DNA of 64,000 nucleotides from Candidatus Cloacimonadales bacterium (GTDB taxonomy: Bacteria; Cloacimonadota; Cloacimonadia; Cloacimonadales; JAIOQZ01): positions 480,001 through 544,000 of the forward strand of contig CAXXTU010000002.1 of NCBI GenBank assembly GCA_963662655.2, given 5' to 3'. How positions within the stretch are numbered: position 1 is the first letter of the stretch; every line of letters starts with the position of its first letter. Under the pieces are notes generated by a model that was given only the letters and a program-made list of their open reading frames with translations, did no database searches and was not told where the DNA came from. A program made the position numbers and the translations under genes. Below are positions 17,049 through 26,569 of the stretch, in pieces.

Positions 17049-19203
17049 AATTGATCTTCCTTTCAAAGTCCACCCAAGAGTGTTTTCTGCTCTCGGTGCA
17101 GAGCTTGTAACGGATGACATTGTTGCTGTTATTGAGTTGGTTAAAAATTCGTATGACGCTTTTGCACAAAGAGTACTGATAAGCCTTGAGTTTGGGTACA
17201 AGAGCATTTCGATCATCGATAACGGTTCCGGAATGGACAGGAAGACAATTGAGGACGTTTGGTGTACATTGGCTACGCCAAATAAGGTAAACCTCCCGTT
17301 TAGCGAAAAAGACAACAAGAAAAGGCGTGTTACAGGAGCCAAAGGGTTAGGGAGATTATCTGCTGCAAGGCTTGGTGGAAAGCTTGAAATGATTACAAAA
17401 GCAATGGGGCAACCGGCATGGAAAGTATCCGTTGATTGGGAGTTGATTAAAAAGGCTCAAGGATTTGAACTTTGTAATGCTCATCTTAAAGAATATACGG
17501 GAAAACTCCCATGGGGTGATGATAATCAAACCGGTACATCGGTTGTGATATCGAATCTCACTTCTACATGGGATGTGGACATGATAAAAGCTCTCAGGGA
17601 TAACTTGGGACGGCTAATATCCCCCTTTGCCCAAACAACAGATTTTGAGGTGCTTTTTTCTGATATCACGGACGATATTACATTTGATGCTCCAGCAATC
17701 GAGGTCAAGCCATACAGAATCGAACCATCACCCTTTCTACTTGAACCAAAATATCGGATTAAGGGCTCGGTTGATCCGACTGGTGGGTATTCAGGAAAGT
17801 ATGAGTTTCGCCAAATAGGGTCAGATAAGATCGATAGAGAAGTCGCCATCACTAAGAAATGGGTTGATATCTTTCGTGAATGGAGTGAATCGGAAAAAGA
17901 AGGGCACAATGAGAAATCAGCCGTTTGTGGGCCCTTCGATTTTGAGATCCGGGTTTGGGATCTCGATTCTTATGATACAAGTGAAATAGCCGAGTACTAT
18001 CAAATAAAGAAGAAATCAGATATCAGAAAAGCCATTGCAGCTCACAAGGGTGTTTCCGTGTACAGAGATGACATTCTTGTTCTTCCCAAAACAGATACTG
18101 CACGTGATTGGTTGAGGCTTGACTTGCGACGTGTTAGCCGAGTAGGTGATCGACTGAGTACAAGCCAGATTATCGGTTTCATCTCTATCTCTGCTGACAA
18201 GAATCCTGACATCAATGATTCAAGTGATAGAGAGAAACTTCAAAAGAGTACTGCAACTGTAGAATTTGAGCGCATTATTCATTCAATCATTCATGATCTT
18301 GAGCAAGAGAGAAATGCTGATAGATTTGTAAAAAATGTACATAAGGAGAAACGACTTGTTGAGCTTTTCGAGTCATTCGCACAACGCGATTTTCTTGATC
18401 GATACAAACGACTTGCAGAAGAGGGAACTCCGGCAATAGACCTGCTGCCATTGCTTGAATCGGAACACAGCGATTGGGAAAAAGCAAGTGAGGAGATTAA
18501 ACGACGCTTCGTTTATTACAGTCGACTGGCGACTGTTGGCTCTATTGCGGAAATGCTGATTCATGAGATCAGGAACAATACAACTTGCATCGGTCGATTC
18601 CTGCGTCTCTTCACGGATGAGATAAATGAATGCTCGGCTCAATTGGAGAAGTACCACGGTGTTTCGGAGAATTCAGTTGAAAGACTTGAGCATTTGTCCG
18701 ACACGTTCTCCCCCTTAGCAACCAGGAAATTCAAGAGAACAAAACGAAACTCGGACTTACAATCTCGTCTTGATTTTTGTCTCGAGTTGCATGAGAAAGA
18801 GATTGATGCAAAGAAAGTAACGATTACCCAATCCATTCCTCAAGCTATCATCTTGCGAATTGATCCCGGTGAATTAGATGCTATACTGATAAACCTAATC
18901 ACAAATACACTGTATTGGATTGCCGATAGCAATGAGTCCATGCGTAAGTTGAATATTTCAGCCAGCACAAACGGGAGTAGGCTCGAGATAGTGTTCGATG
19001 ATACAGGCCCCGGAATCAGGGACGGCTATGTCGATAGAATATTCGAACCTGGAGTTACAGCAAAAACCAATGGTATCGGAATGGGGTTGACCGTTGCATC
19101 TGAACTTGTTTCGGCATGTGGTGGAAGGATGTCAGTCATACACCCCGGTACATTGGGCGGAGCTACATTTGTTTTCGATATGCCAATTTTGGAGGTAAAA
19201 TGA
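17041..19203 (+). CDS. MORC/GHKL ATPase fused to a histidine kinase
   Basis: N-terminal ELVKNSYDA, DNGSGM, GAKGLGRLS; C-terminal HEIRN (H-box), NLITN, DDTGPG, GIGMGL; no TM segment. Confidence 0.88.
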   Translation: MAEIDLPFKVHPRVFSALGAELVTDDIVAVIELVKNSYDAFAQRVLISLEFGYKSISIIDNGSGMDRKTIEDVWCTLATPNKVNLPFSEKDNKKRRVTGAKGLGRLSAARLGGKLEMITKAMGQPAWKVSVDWELIKKAQGFELCNAHLKEYTGKLPWGDDNQTGTSVVISNLTSTWDVDMIKALRDNLGRLISPFAQTTDFEVLFSDITDDITFDAPAIEVKPYRIEPSPFLLEPKYRIKGSVDPTGGYSGKYEFRQIGSDKIDREVAITKKWVDIFREWSESEKEGHNEKSAVCGPFDFEIRVWDLDSYDTSEIAEYYQIKKKSDIRKAIAAHKGVSVYRDDILVLPKTDTARDWLRLDLRRVSRVGDRLSTSQIIGFISISADKNPDINDSSDREKLQKSTATVEFERIIHSIIHDLEQERNADRFVKNVHKEKRLVELFESFAQRDFLDRYKRLAEEGTPAIDLLPLLESEHSDWEKASEEIKRRFVYYSRLATVGSIAEMLIHEIRNNTTCIGRFLRLFTDEINECSAQLEKYHGVSENSVERLEHLSDTFSPLATRKFKRTKRNSDLQSRLDFCLELHEKEIDAKKVTITQSIPQAIILRIDPGELDAILINLITNTLYWIADSNESMRKLNISASTNGSRLEIVFDDTGPGIRDGYVDRIFEPGVTAKTNGIGMGLTVASELVSACGGRMSVIHPGTLGGATFVFDMPILEVK

Positions 19204-20264
19204 GAGTACTTGTTATTGATGACGATAAAAATAGCATAGAGCCTTTGCTGGATGACCTGAATGAACAAGAGCACGAAGCTTGTTTCAATAACTTTGTCGA
19301 TGAATCGGAAATACTGAAGCTGGTATCAGACACGTTGCCAGACCTACTTGTTCTCGACTTGAAAAATGCCGCTCAGCAATCGGGTGACAATGATATAGCA
19401 GGTTCAAAGATTTTCGAACAAATATGGCAAGAACGATTCTTTCCGGTTCTGATTTACTCTGCATATCCTGATTTAGTCTTAAATAGACTTCCGAAAAACC
19501 CGTTTATAGGAAGAGTAACGAAGGGTGCGAACTCTGAAAAGGAAGTAATAAATTGGATTAACGGGAAACAGAATGTTGTTGAATTGCTTCATGAGATTGA
19601 TAATGAAGTGGCAAAATCAAAACACGATACCCTCAAGTCCATAACCCATTATCTTGGTGAAGGTTTACCGGAAGCGAAAATTGTTAGCTATCTTATTAAA
19701 AGACGTGTCGCAGCACTAATGGATATTGCCGACGGTGACATTTCGGTTCCGGCGTGTTTCAGATACATTTATCCACCAATATGTAAGTATTCAAGGATGG
19801 GAGATGTAATTGCAAAGAGGGATAGCAAAGAATTCTGGATAATTCTAACTCCATCCTGTGATATGGGCGATGATGGGCAAGAACCGAAAGTAAAAAAAGT
19901 TATAGCTGCTCGGTGCTATGAAATTAGTCCAGATCGAGTTGACGAGTTCAAGTTTGGAAAGAAGAAGAACAAAATACGACAAGTTCTAACTCAAGGACAT
20001 CAAAAAGAATTCATACCGATACCTTCATTGCCTGAAAAGTTTCCTCATTTAGTTGTGAATTTTAAGGAAATCGAATTAATACCAATCGAAGAAATAGGGG
20101 ATTCTGATAATGTGAAGTATAGGAGAATCGTCTCAATTGATAGCCCCTATCGCGAGCAAATCTCTTGGGCATTCATTCAGGTAGCCGGTCGTCCGGGAGT
20201 ACCGAGTGTTGATATTGATAAATGGGCAGAGGAACTTGAAGTACTATTCGGTGGGAACTCATGA
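19200..20264 (+). CDS. Receiver-domain protein with an uncharacterised C-terminal domain
   Basis: MRVLVIDDD, DLLVLDL (phospho-Asp), IYSA; C-terminal ILTPSCD; start overlaps the kinase stop (ATGA-like coupling). Confidence 0.8.
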   Translation: MRVLVIDDDKNSIEPLLDDLNEQEHEACFNNFVDESEILKLVSDTLPDLLVLDLKNAAQQSGDNDIAGSKIFEQIWQERFFPVLIYSAYPDLVLNRLPKNPFIGRVTKGANSEKEVINWINGKQNVVELLHEIDNEVAKSKHDTLKSITHYLGEGLPEAKIVSYLIKRRVAALMDIADGDISVPACFRYIYPPICKYSRMGDVIAKRDSKEFWIILTPSCDMGDDGQEPKVKKVIAARCYEISPDRVDEFKFGKKKNKIRQVLTQGHQKEFIPIPSLPEKFPHLVVNFKEIELIPIEEIGDSDNVKYRRIVSIDSPYREQISWAFIQVAGRPGVPSVDIDKWAEELEVLFGGNS

Positions 20265-21316
20265 TCGGTCTTGATTTTTTTTGCGGAGCCGGTGGACTTA
20301 CCAGAGGATTAATAGATGCCGGAATACAGGTTCTTGGCGGTATTGATTTGGATAATCGGTGCAAAAATACATATGAGAACAACAACAATGCCGTATTTTG
20401 GGATGCCGATATTCGTGAAATCAATGGACATATGATCAAAGAGCGTTTCCCGAAGCTCTTTAAACAAACTGACGATGTCCTTTTTGCTGGATGTGCACCT
20501 TGTCAGCCGTTTAGTCAACAGAGAAATTCAAAAACAGAAAGACCGGACAAAAACATCTTACTTGAATTCGGTCGTCTTATTGAAGAGTGTAAACCTGGGT
20601 GGGTTCTTATTGAGAATGTACCGGGTATTGCATTAAGTCGAGATCCTAAAACAACGCCATATAGTTGTTTTCTTAAAATCCTTAATCGTTGTGGATATCG
20701 ATATGCTCCGGATTTCATTAACGCTAAAGATTACGGTGTTCCACAAAATCGCAGACGCTTCGTTCTGCTTGCGACAAGAATACCCGATATAGAAATAACT
20801 CTTCCAAAAAAGACACATGGCTCTGGTCTTGCGGAATACAAAACTGTCCGACAAACTATTTCGCAATATCCTCCAATATCGCAAGGAATGACGGATTCAT
20901 CCATTCCGAATCATACAAGCGCTAAATTGTCTCCTATCAATTTGCATCGCTTACAAGTGACTCCACATGATGGCGGCGATAGGCGTTCATGGCCAGAGCA
21001 TCTTGTGCTCAAGTGCCATAAAAATCATTCTGGACATACTGATGTATATGGGCGTATGTATTGGGGACAACCTGCTCCGACTCTGACAAGTAAGTGCACT
21101 AGTATCTCTAACGGTAGGTACGGACATCCGGAACAAGATAGAGCAATTTCACAAAGAGAAGCAGCAGCGTTACAGACATTTCCCGATGATTACGTCTTTT
21201 TCGGTTCGACTCCATCGATTGCCATGCAAATAGGGAATGCAGTACCTGTATTGCTCGGAATGCGTCTTGGCGAGCATATATTAGATTTACTCAACAGGAC
21301 AAATCGGGGTAATTAG
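20261..21316 (+). CDS. dcm: C5-cytosine DNA methyltransferase
   Basis: DFFCGAGG, APCQPFS, ENV, YGVPQ.R.R, REAAALQTFP, QIGNAVP. Confidence 0.95.
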   Translation: MIGLDFFCGAGGLTRGLIDAGIQVLGGIDLDNRCKNTYENNNNAVFWDADIREINGHMIKERFPKLFKQTDDVLFAGCAPCQPFSQQRNSKTERPDKNILLEFGRLIEECKPGWVLIENVPGIALSRDPKTTPYSCFLKILNRCGYRYAPDFINAKDYGVPQNRRRFVLLATRIPDIEITLPKKTHGSGLAEYKTVRQTISQYPPISQGMTDSSIPNHTSAKLSPINLHRLQVTPHDGGDRRSWPEHLVLKCHKNHSGHTDVYGRMYWGQPAPTLTSKCTSISNGRYGHPEQDRAISQREAAALQTFPDDYVFFGSTPSIAMQIGNAVPVLLGMRLGEHILDLLNRTNRGN

Positions 21317-22074
21317 TGCTTAAATACGCATTCAGAACTAATGATGTCTATTCTCGAAAAGATGTGTATCGTGTAATCGGTATTTCCGAGGACACTCATG
21401 GTGGAGTATGGGACACCGGCTATGCAATACACAATGAAGACTATTTCATCTTCACAAACGTTGGAGTGCCTGGAAGGACCGGTCATAATTACAAAAACAG
21501 ATTTGAAGGTGACCGTCTCATCTGGTTCGCCAAAACAGTACCAAAAATAGGGCAACCGCAGATCAAGGAACTATTATCTCCACCAGGATATGTGTATGTG
21601 TTTTTCCGTACTGAGAACAAAGCTCCCTTTACCTATGCAGGCACTGCAATACCAATAGCTTTCGAGGATGTTTCGCCTGTCCAAATAACCTGGCAAATAA
21701 TTAATGAATATACTCATACAACCATAATGACTGAAGAAGACACCGAATTACATGAGGGGAAAGCTCTTTATCGTACGGGATTAATCTTCGAACGAAATCC
21801 TTTAGCACGTAAAAGATGCATTGATCATTACGGATGTCGTTGCTATGTATGTGGTTTTAACTTTGAATATGTGTACGGAGAAAAAGGGAGAGGATTCATC
21901 CATGTACACCATTTGGTTCCTCTTTCCAACATAGGTTCCGACTACATTATCAATCCTATTGAAGATTTGAGACCCATTTGCCCTAATTGTCATGCAATGA
22001 TTCATAGGCAGTCACCAGCTCTTTCGATTGATGAACTGAAGCATGAGATGAGAAATCAGTACGATTCCGAGTAG
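21316..22074 (+). CDS. HNH endonuclease with N-terminal PUA/SRA-like (DUF3427-like) domain
   Basis: C-terminal C..CGF.F...YG..G.GFIHVHH..P...DL.P.CPNCHAMIH (McrA-like HNH); N-terminal domain assignment is inference. Confidence 0.85.
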   Translation: MLKYAFRTNDVYSRKDVYRVIGISEDTHGGVWDTGYAIHNEDYFIFTNVGVPGRTGHNYKNRFEGDRLIWFAKTVPKIGQPQIKELLSPPGYVYVFFRTENKAPFTYAGTAIPIAFEDVSPVQITWQIINEYTHTTIMTEEDTELHEGKALYRTGLIFERNPLARKRCIDHYGCRCYVCGFNFEYVYGEKGRGFIHVHHLVPLSNIGSDYIINPIEDLRPICPNCHAMIHRQSPALSIDELKHEMRNQYDSE

Positions 22075-22118
22075 TTCTCAATCCCCTGAAAATACTGCAG
22101 ATATCCCCGCTAATATAC

Positions 22119-22146
22119 TTGACTTCCTTTGCGCGATCTTTATCGT
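22119..22146 (+). promoter_or_regulatory. Putative sigma70 promoter
   Basis: TTGACT-16 nt-TATCGT upstream of the AAGGAG RBS. Confidence 0.45.
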
Positions 22147-22226
22147 AGAGACATACTTAGGAGCACAAAGGAGACTTATGCGTTCCCAAGGGGAACGGCC
22201 CTTGCGGATCGCGAAGCGACCGCCCG

Positions 22227-22526
22227 ATGGAGACGAAAAAGACCACACAGACCACCCCGAAGACGATGATCATCAACGCGAAGATTTCAGGTAGTATGAG
22301 AGCTACTTTCAAGGGCGAAAACGGCGAGGTGATGAAGAACTACGACGGCCCAGTACCGGAGTTCATGCCGGAGCGACACTGGGGAGATTACATCAACCTC
22401 GAAATCGACATCGAGACAGGCCGCATCCTCAACTGGAACACCACCCGGCATGACGTAGCCGATTTCATGAACGCACCTGAAAACACCGCAGACTTCACCG
22501 ACCCCGACGAAGAATTAGCTCCATAA
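22227..22526 (+). CDS. Small phage-type hypothetical protein
   Basis: 99 aa (VPEFMP...GDYI.LEIDI.TG.ILNW); own promoter and terminator. Confidence 0.7.
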   Translation: METKKTTQTTPKTMIINAKISGSMRATFKGENGEVMKNYDGPVPEFMPERHWGDYINLEIDIETGRILNWNTTRHDVADFMNAPENTADFTDPDEELAP

Positions 22527-22535
22527 ACACCGACA

Positions 22536-22556
22536 ACTGGCATTACCGCCAGTTTT
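22536..22556 (+). terminator. Intrinsic terminator
   Basis: ACTGGC-attacc-GCCAGT followed by TTT, between convergent genes. Confidence 0.55.
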
Positions 22557-22588
22557 CCTCGTTGGTCCCTTTTACTCCTACAAATCCC

Positions 22589-23467
22589 CTAAATCACCAC
22601 CTCCGTCCCTGTCCTGCACTTCCAGTGGAACGGCGGGAAAGGCGTGTGGCTTCCTGAGACGCCGGTGGGCTTGCCGGATGCGTTTCGCTCTATCATGTCG
22701 TCGCTGACCCACGGCGCAAGCTCCTTCGTGCGTTCTCGCGCGGATTCGAGGCTGTGCTGCTTCGGATCGATGGCGAGCAGGTCTTCCATCACATCGAGCG
22801 CGTCGGAGAGCGGATAGACCTTGTTCTGCGCGGCAAGGGCGCGGCAGATATCCGACGTACGATCATCGAGGACGACCACCAGCCGGTAGTACCTTGCGCC
22901 GGCCTTGCGATACCCCTCCAGCCTTCCAAACTCCCGAATCCTCAGCGCGGTATGCTCCGCAAGCCCCTGCCAGTAGTGCTGCGACTTCGCGCCCAAGTCC
23001 TTGAACTGCTCCGCGAGCTTCTCTTGCAACATCTTTTTCGTGTAGCCTGACGCGACAGCCTCGGTCAGTGTGGAGCGAAACTTCTGCGAAATGTCCGTGC
23101 CGTAGCGTTCGCCGATCCAGAAAAGGTTCTGGCGGGTGATGACGGTCTCGAGACGCTTTTCACGCGCACCGTACAAGCCGATGCGAGTGTTGTGCGGAAC
23201 CTGCTTTTGCGCGTCGTTTAAGCCCGGCAGCATGCACCGCTGGATGTACGCCTTCGTCTCGGCTCGCACAGCGGACGAAAAATCCTCGCCGAGGTTGGAG
23301 TCAATGACGGCGAGAACGTCGTCGATATGGGTGCGATTGAGCCGCTCGTGACGTGGAATGTCCGACAACGCCCTGATGGCCTGCATCGCCGACTCGCGCA
23401 CCTCGCGCTGCCAGGCGTTGTTGAGGACGCGGTAGTACTCGAGCATGATGCGGTCGAAGTAGGTCAA
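22589..23467 (-). CDS. Phage head morphogenesis protein (Mu gpF/SPP1 gp7-like)
   Basis: DDRTSDICR and PPFHWKCRT motifs; probable TTG start overlapping the terminase stop. Confidence 0.85.
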   Translation of the reverse strand: MTYFDRIMLEYYRVLNNAWQREVRESAMQAIRALSDIPRHERLNRTHIDDVLAVIDSNLGEDFSSAVRAETKAYIQRCMLPGLNDAQKQVPHNTRIGLYGAREKRLETVITRQNLFWIGERYGTDISQKFRSTLTEAVASGYTKKMLQEKLAEQFKDLGAKSQHYWQGLAEHTALRIREFGRLEGYRKAGARYYRLVVVLDDRTSDICRALAAQNKVYPLSDALDVMEDLLAIDPKQHSLESARERTKELAPWVSDDMIERNASGKPTGVSGSHTPFPPFHWKCRTGTEVVI

Positions 23468-25067
23468 AACCGGAAGCTCCGAACTCTGGTTCTGTTGCGG
23501 CCGGTGTCGTATTCGGGGAAGCGTTCGAGGCAGCCTGCGAGGGCGTCCGGGCCATCGACGTAGCCCTGCGGATAGGTGAGGAACTGGCTGACGAGGGTCG
23601 GCGTGTCCTGCCCGTCGGGAAAGACGACCTTGCCGGTCTCGATGACGGTGTCCACGCGCTCGATGCGCAGAGCCTTGTTGCGGTCGTTGTTGACGCGCCG
23701 GATACGGTGCGAGATGGGATTGCGCCCGTTCTCGCGGCACCAGCGGTCGAAGTCGGCGAGGATGCGGTGCTGCCCGTAATTGGTCTCCATCGCGGCGCGG
23801 AAGCGGACCCCGAAGCGGTGCGACAGCTCGTCGCAGGCGTCGTAGTAGAACTGGAAGAAACGCGAGTTTTCGGTCTGGCGCACCCAGCAGTGGATCATGT
23901 AGAACTTCAAGCCGTCGTAGCCCAGGGAGATTATGGCTTTGTAGCAGCCTGTTTGAACGAAGTGAAAACCGCCAGCGCCAGGTTTTTGCGAAGCAAAATA
24001 CCGAGAGCGACTACCTTTAATGCTGGGTCGGCGTACATCCAGACGCGCTTCATGCGCTTGGGCAGGTGTGAATACCGCTTGAACCAGTGGTGCTTGAACA
24101 TGTTGCCCTCGATCACCGGCACGCCGAGAAACTCGCGCTGATAGCCCGTGTGACCGAACTTGCGGCGCAGCAAAGGCAGCTCGCTGGTCGGGTACTGCTT
24201 TTCCCAGACCGACTTGCCGTCATCGGTTTCCAGAGAGAAGCGCAGCAGCCGCCTTCCCTCTGCGAACAGATGCTGGATGTCGTCCGGATTGAAGGAGTCG
24301 TTGTCGGACTTGATCTCCTCGACGATCGACTCCATGAACTGGCATATCGCGTAGTTGGGGTGGACGAGGTTGCCGAGCCAGATCACCTTGCCCGTACCAG
24401 ATGGATCGAGCGCGCCGCCGATCTCCTGCACGATCTTGTCCATGCGCCGCCTGCCGATGGTCTGGTTCCCGACGTTCTCTTCCTTGTCGATGTCGTCACA
24501 GACGATCAGGCCGGGGCGCGTGGAGGTGCGGGGATTGATCGAGCCGCGAAAGGATTGCTTCACACCTCGTGCGCGAATACGGCAGCGGTTGCGGAGGTAG
24601 AAATCATCCTCGGTCGTGTCGATGGGACGCAGGTCGTCGAAGTCGCCGAGAAGCCGCTTGTTGTTGGTCAGCTCGTTGAAGGTGAACGCCGTCCTCTCCT
24701 CCGCCAGATCGACGTCGGCGGCCGTGTGGATCACGTACCTCTCGCCCTTGATCACCCGCCAGATCGGATAGACGACGCCCATGAGCACGGTCTTGCCCAA
24801 GCCGCGAAATCCCGTGATGGCGGTAACGCCGCTCTCGGCTTCCACCACCTCGAACATCTCGCGGTGACAGTCACAGAAGGGGTGCTCGAAGATATGCGGG
24901 AAGTAGCTGCAGCAGAAGAAGGAAAAGGACGACCAACCCTCGCCTGTGGCGCGTTCGATGCGCGCCTTGCGAGCTTGCGGGGAGTCGTCGGGGAAGGGTT
25001 TGACCGACGGTGTCTTCGCCGCGACGGAAGTGAAGAAGCGCAGGTCTTTCTGGGTCGGTTTAGGCAT
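23464..25067 (-). CDS. Terminase large subunit, interrupted by a 71-nt insert
   Basis: Walker A GFRGLGKT, Walker B IVCDD, nuclease YADPA; ORFs 23931..25067 and 23464..23910 (DGPDALAG) join into 511 codons when 23950-24020 is removed. Confidence 0.85.
23950..24020. repeat. 71-nt double-hairpin insert with GAA triloops
   Basis: Plus strand: GTTTGAAC-GAA-GTGAAAAC and GGT-TTTTGC-GAA-GCAAAA-T-ACC extended by CGCC/AGCG. Confidence 0.75.
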
Positions 25068-25521
25068 GGCTGGCGCGACTCATGAAGTAGGCCACGAGCC
25101 CGTCGTCGCCGAGTATCTCGCGCTGAATGGCTTTGGCAGTCGCTTCGTCGCCGCGAGCGTGGTAGAAATCGATCTGCCAGTCCAGGAACCGCTTCATGTG
25201 GTCGATCAAGTCCTTACTCGGCTCCAGCTCCTTCTGATACTGCTTCAGGAGCGATACCAACGACTGCAGCGCCGTGTCCTGCGGGTTGTCGGCGTACTGC
25301 TTGAGGGCCATCAGGAGGGCGCGGCGGATGTTGAGCCGAATCTTCGCGTCGAGAGTTTCGAGCTCGTCCAGCTCGTCACGCCAGCCGCCCTCCCTGATCC
25401 ACTTGCGCACCGTCTTGGGCGTGACGCTGAGCACGTCGGCCAGCTCGCGCACGACAGTCCGCCCCGCGAGGAACATCTCGCGGCAGCTTTCGCGTTTGGC
25501 TTCGTAGTTTTCGGCCATCAC
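25060..25521 (-). CDS. Terminase small subunit-like HTH protein
   Basis: ELADVLSVTPKTVRKWIREGGW HTH directly upstream of terL. Confidence 0.7.
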   Translation of the reverse strand: MMAENYEAKRESCREMFLAGRTVVRELADVLSVTPKTVRKWIREGGWRDELDELETLDAKIRLNIRRALLMALKQYADNPQDTALQSLVSLLKQYQKELEPSKDLIDHMKRFLDWQIDFYHARGDEATAKAIQREILGDDGLVAYFMSRASHA

Positions 25522-25709
25522 TCGTTCAGCGGGTCGACCTGATGCGTCGCCAGATAACTGTTCAGGGACTGCCCGTGAACGCGAAGCTGACCGTTCGACT
25601 TCAGTCTGAACGCGGGAAGCGGTTCATCTATGCTGCGGATCATCCGGTACACCGTCGAGATGTTGACGTTCAAGCAGCCCGCGATTTCATCCGGTTGGTA
25701 GCTATTCAT
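25518..25709 (-). CDS. Excisionase-like HTH DNA-binding protein (possible late regulator)
   Basis: YQPDEIA..LNVNISTVYRMI...LPAFRL; start reassigned to MNSYQP. Confidence 0.75.
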   Translation of the reverse strand: MNSYQPDEIAGCLNVNISTVYRMIRSIDEPLPAFRLKSNGQLRVHGQSLNSYLATHQVDPLNE

Positions 25710-25798
25710 AAAATTGCGTACATACCCTAAATGATTTGACAACATTATTATTGTTCGATGAATATCCATCTTGAAACATAGAAGAGGAGAAAGGGATT

Positions 25799-26569
25799 AT
25801 GGAAATCAATGATATCAAACAGCGAATTCTGAATGAGCTGAGACTGTCAACGGATGGTATTATAGGAAATATTACACTGCAGAGAAACCTTAAAATATCA
25901 CCTGATTCATTCTTTGAAGCAAGAAATGAATTGATTGACGAAGGTAAAGTAACAATGGGACGGGGCAAGGGAGGCGCTACCAAACTCGTTGACACTGAAC
26001 CTTTAAATTCTGATGTAGAAATCATAGAAAGTGACCAACACGAAGCAAAGCTTGAGAAAGACCTGTATCCGGATATTAAGAAAGTGATTGCACAGGACTG
26101 GGTGAAAGACAAACGCTTAGATAAGAATTTTGTAATTGAGATTACTGCTAACCAAGGTAGGAAACGAACCGGTGGGAAATGGTCGCGACCAGATATTACT
26201 ATTGTAGCCCTCAAATCCTATCAATATCAAATTGGTCGCTCAATAGAAGTAATAACTTTTGAAGTTAAACCCAAAGGCTATCATAAAGATAAAACCGGAG
26301 TTTTTGAAACGGCATCTCATTCTCTCTTCTCTCATTATAGTTACCTTGTTGTGCAATTAGAGGATAATACACAGCAGGTTGATGAATTGATTGACCTTTG
26401 CAATGAATTTGGGGTTGGGCTGATTACCTTTCTTGATCCTGCTAATTGGGAGACCTGGTATGAGCAAGTAGAACCTGATCGTAAAAATCCTGACCCTGAT
26501 AAAATTGACCAATTTATTAATGTACAAATGGATCAAACATCGAAGAATTCAATAATACGATGGAAATAG
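25799..26569 (+). CDS. AT-rich moron: wHTH plus PD-(D/E)xK nuclease-like protein
   Basis: N-terminal winged helix (GRGKGG wing); WSRPDI...FEVK nuclease-like motif; opposite strand to phage genes, low GC. Confidence 0.7.
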   Translation: MEINDIKQRILNELRLSTDGIIGNITLQRNLKISPDSFFEARNELIDEGKVTMGRGKGGATKLVDTEPLNSDVEIIESDQHEAKLEKDLYPDIKKVIAQDWVKDKRLDKNFVIEITANQGRKRTGGKWSRPDITIVALKSYQYQIGRSIEVITFEVKPKGYHKDKTGVFETASHSLFSHYSYLVVQLEDNTQQVDELIDLCNEFGVGLITFLDPANWETWYEQVEPDRKNPDPDKIDQFINVQMDQTSKNSIIRWK

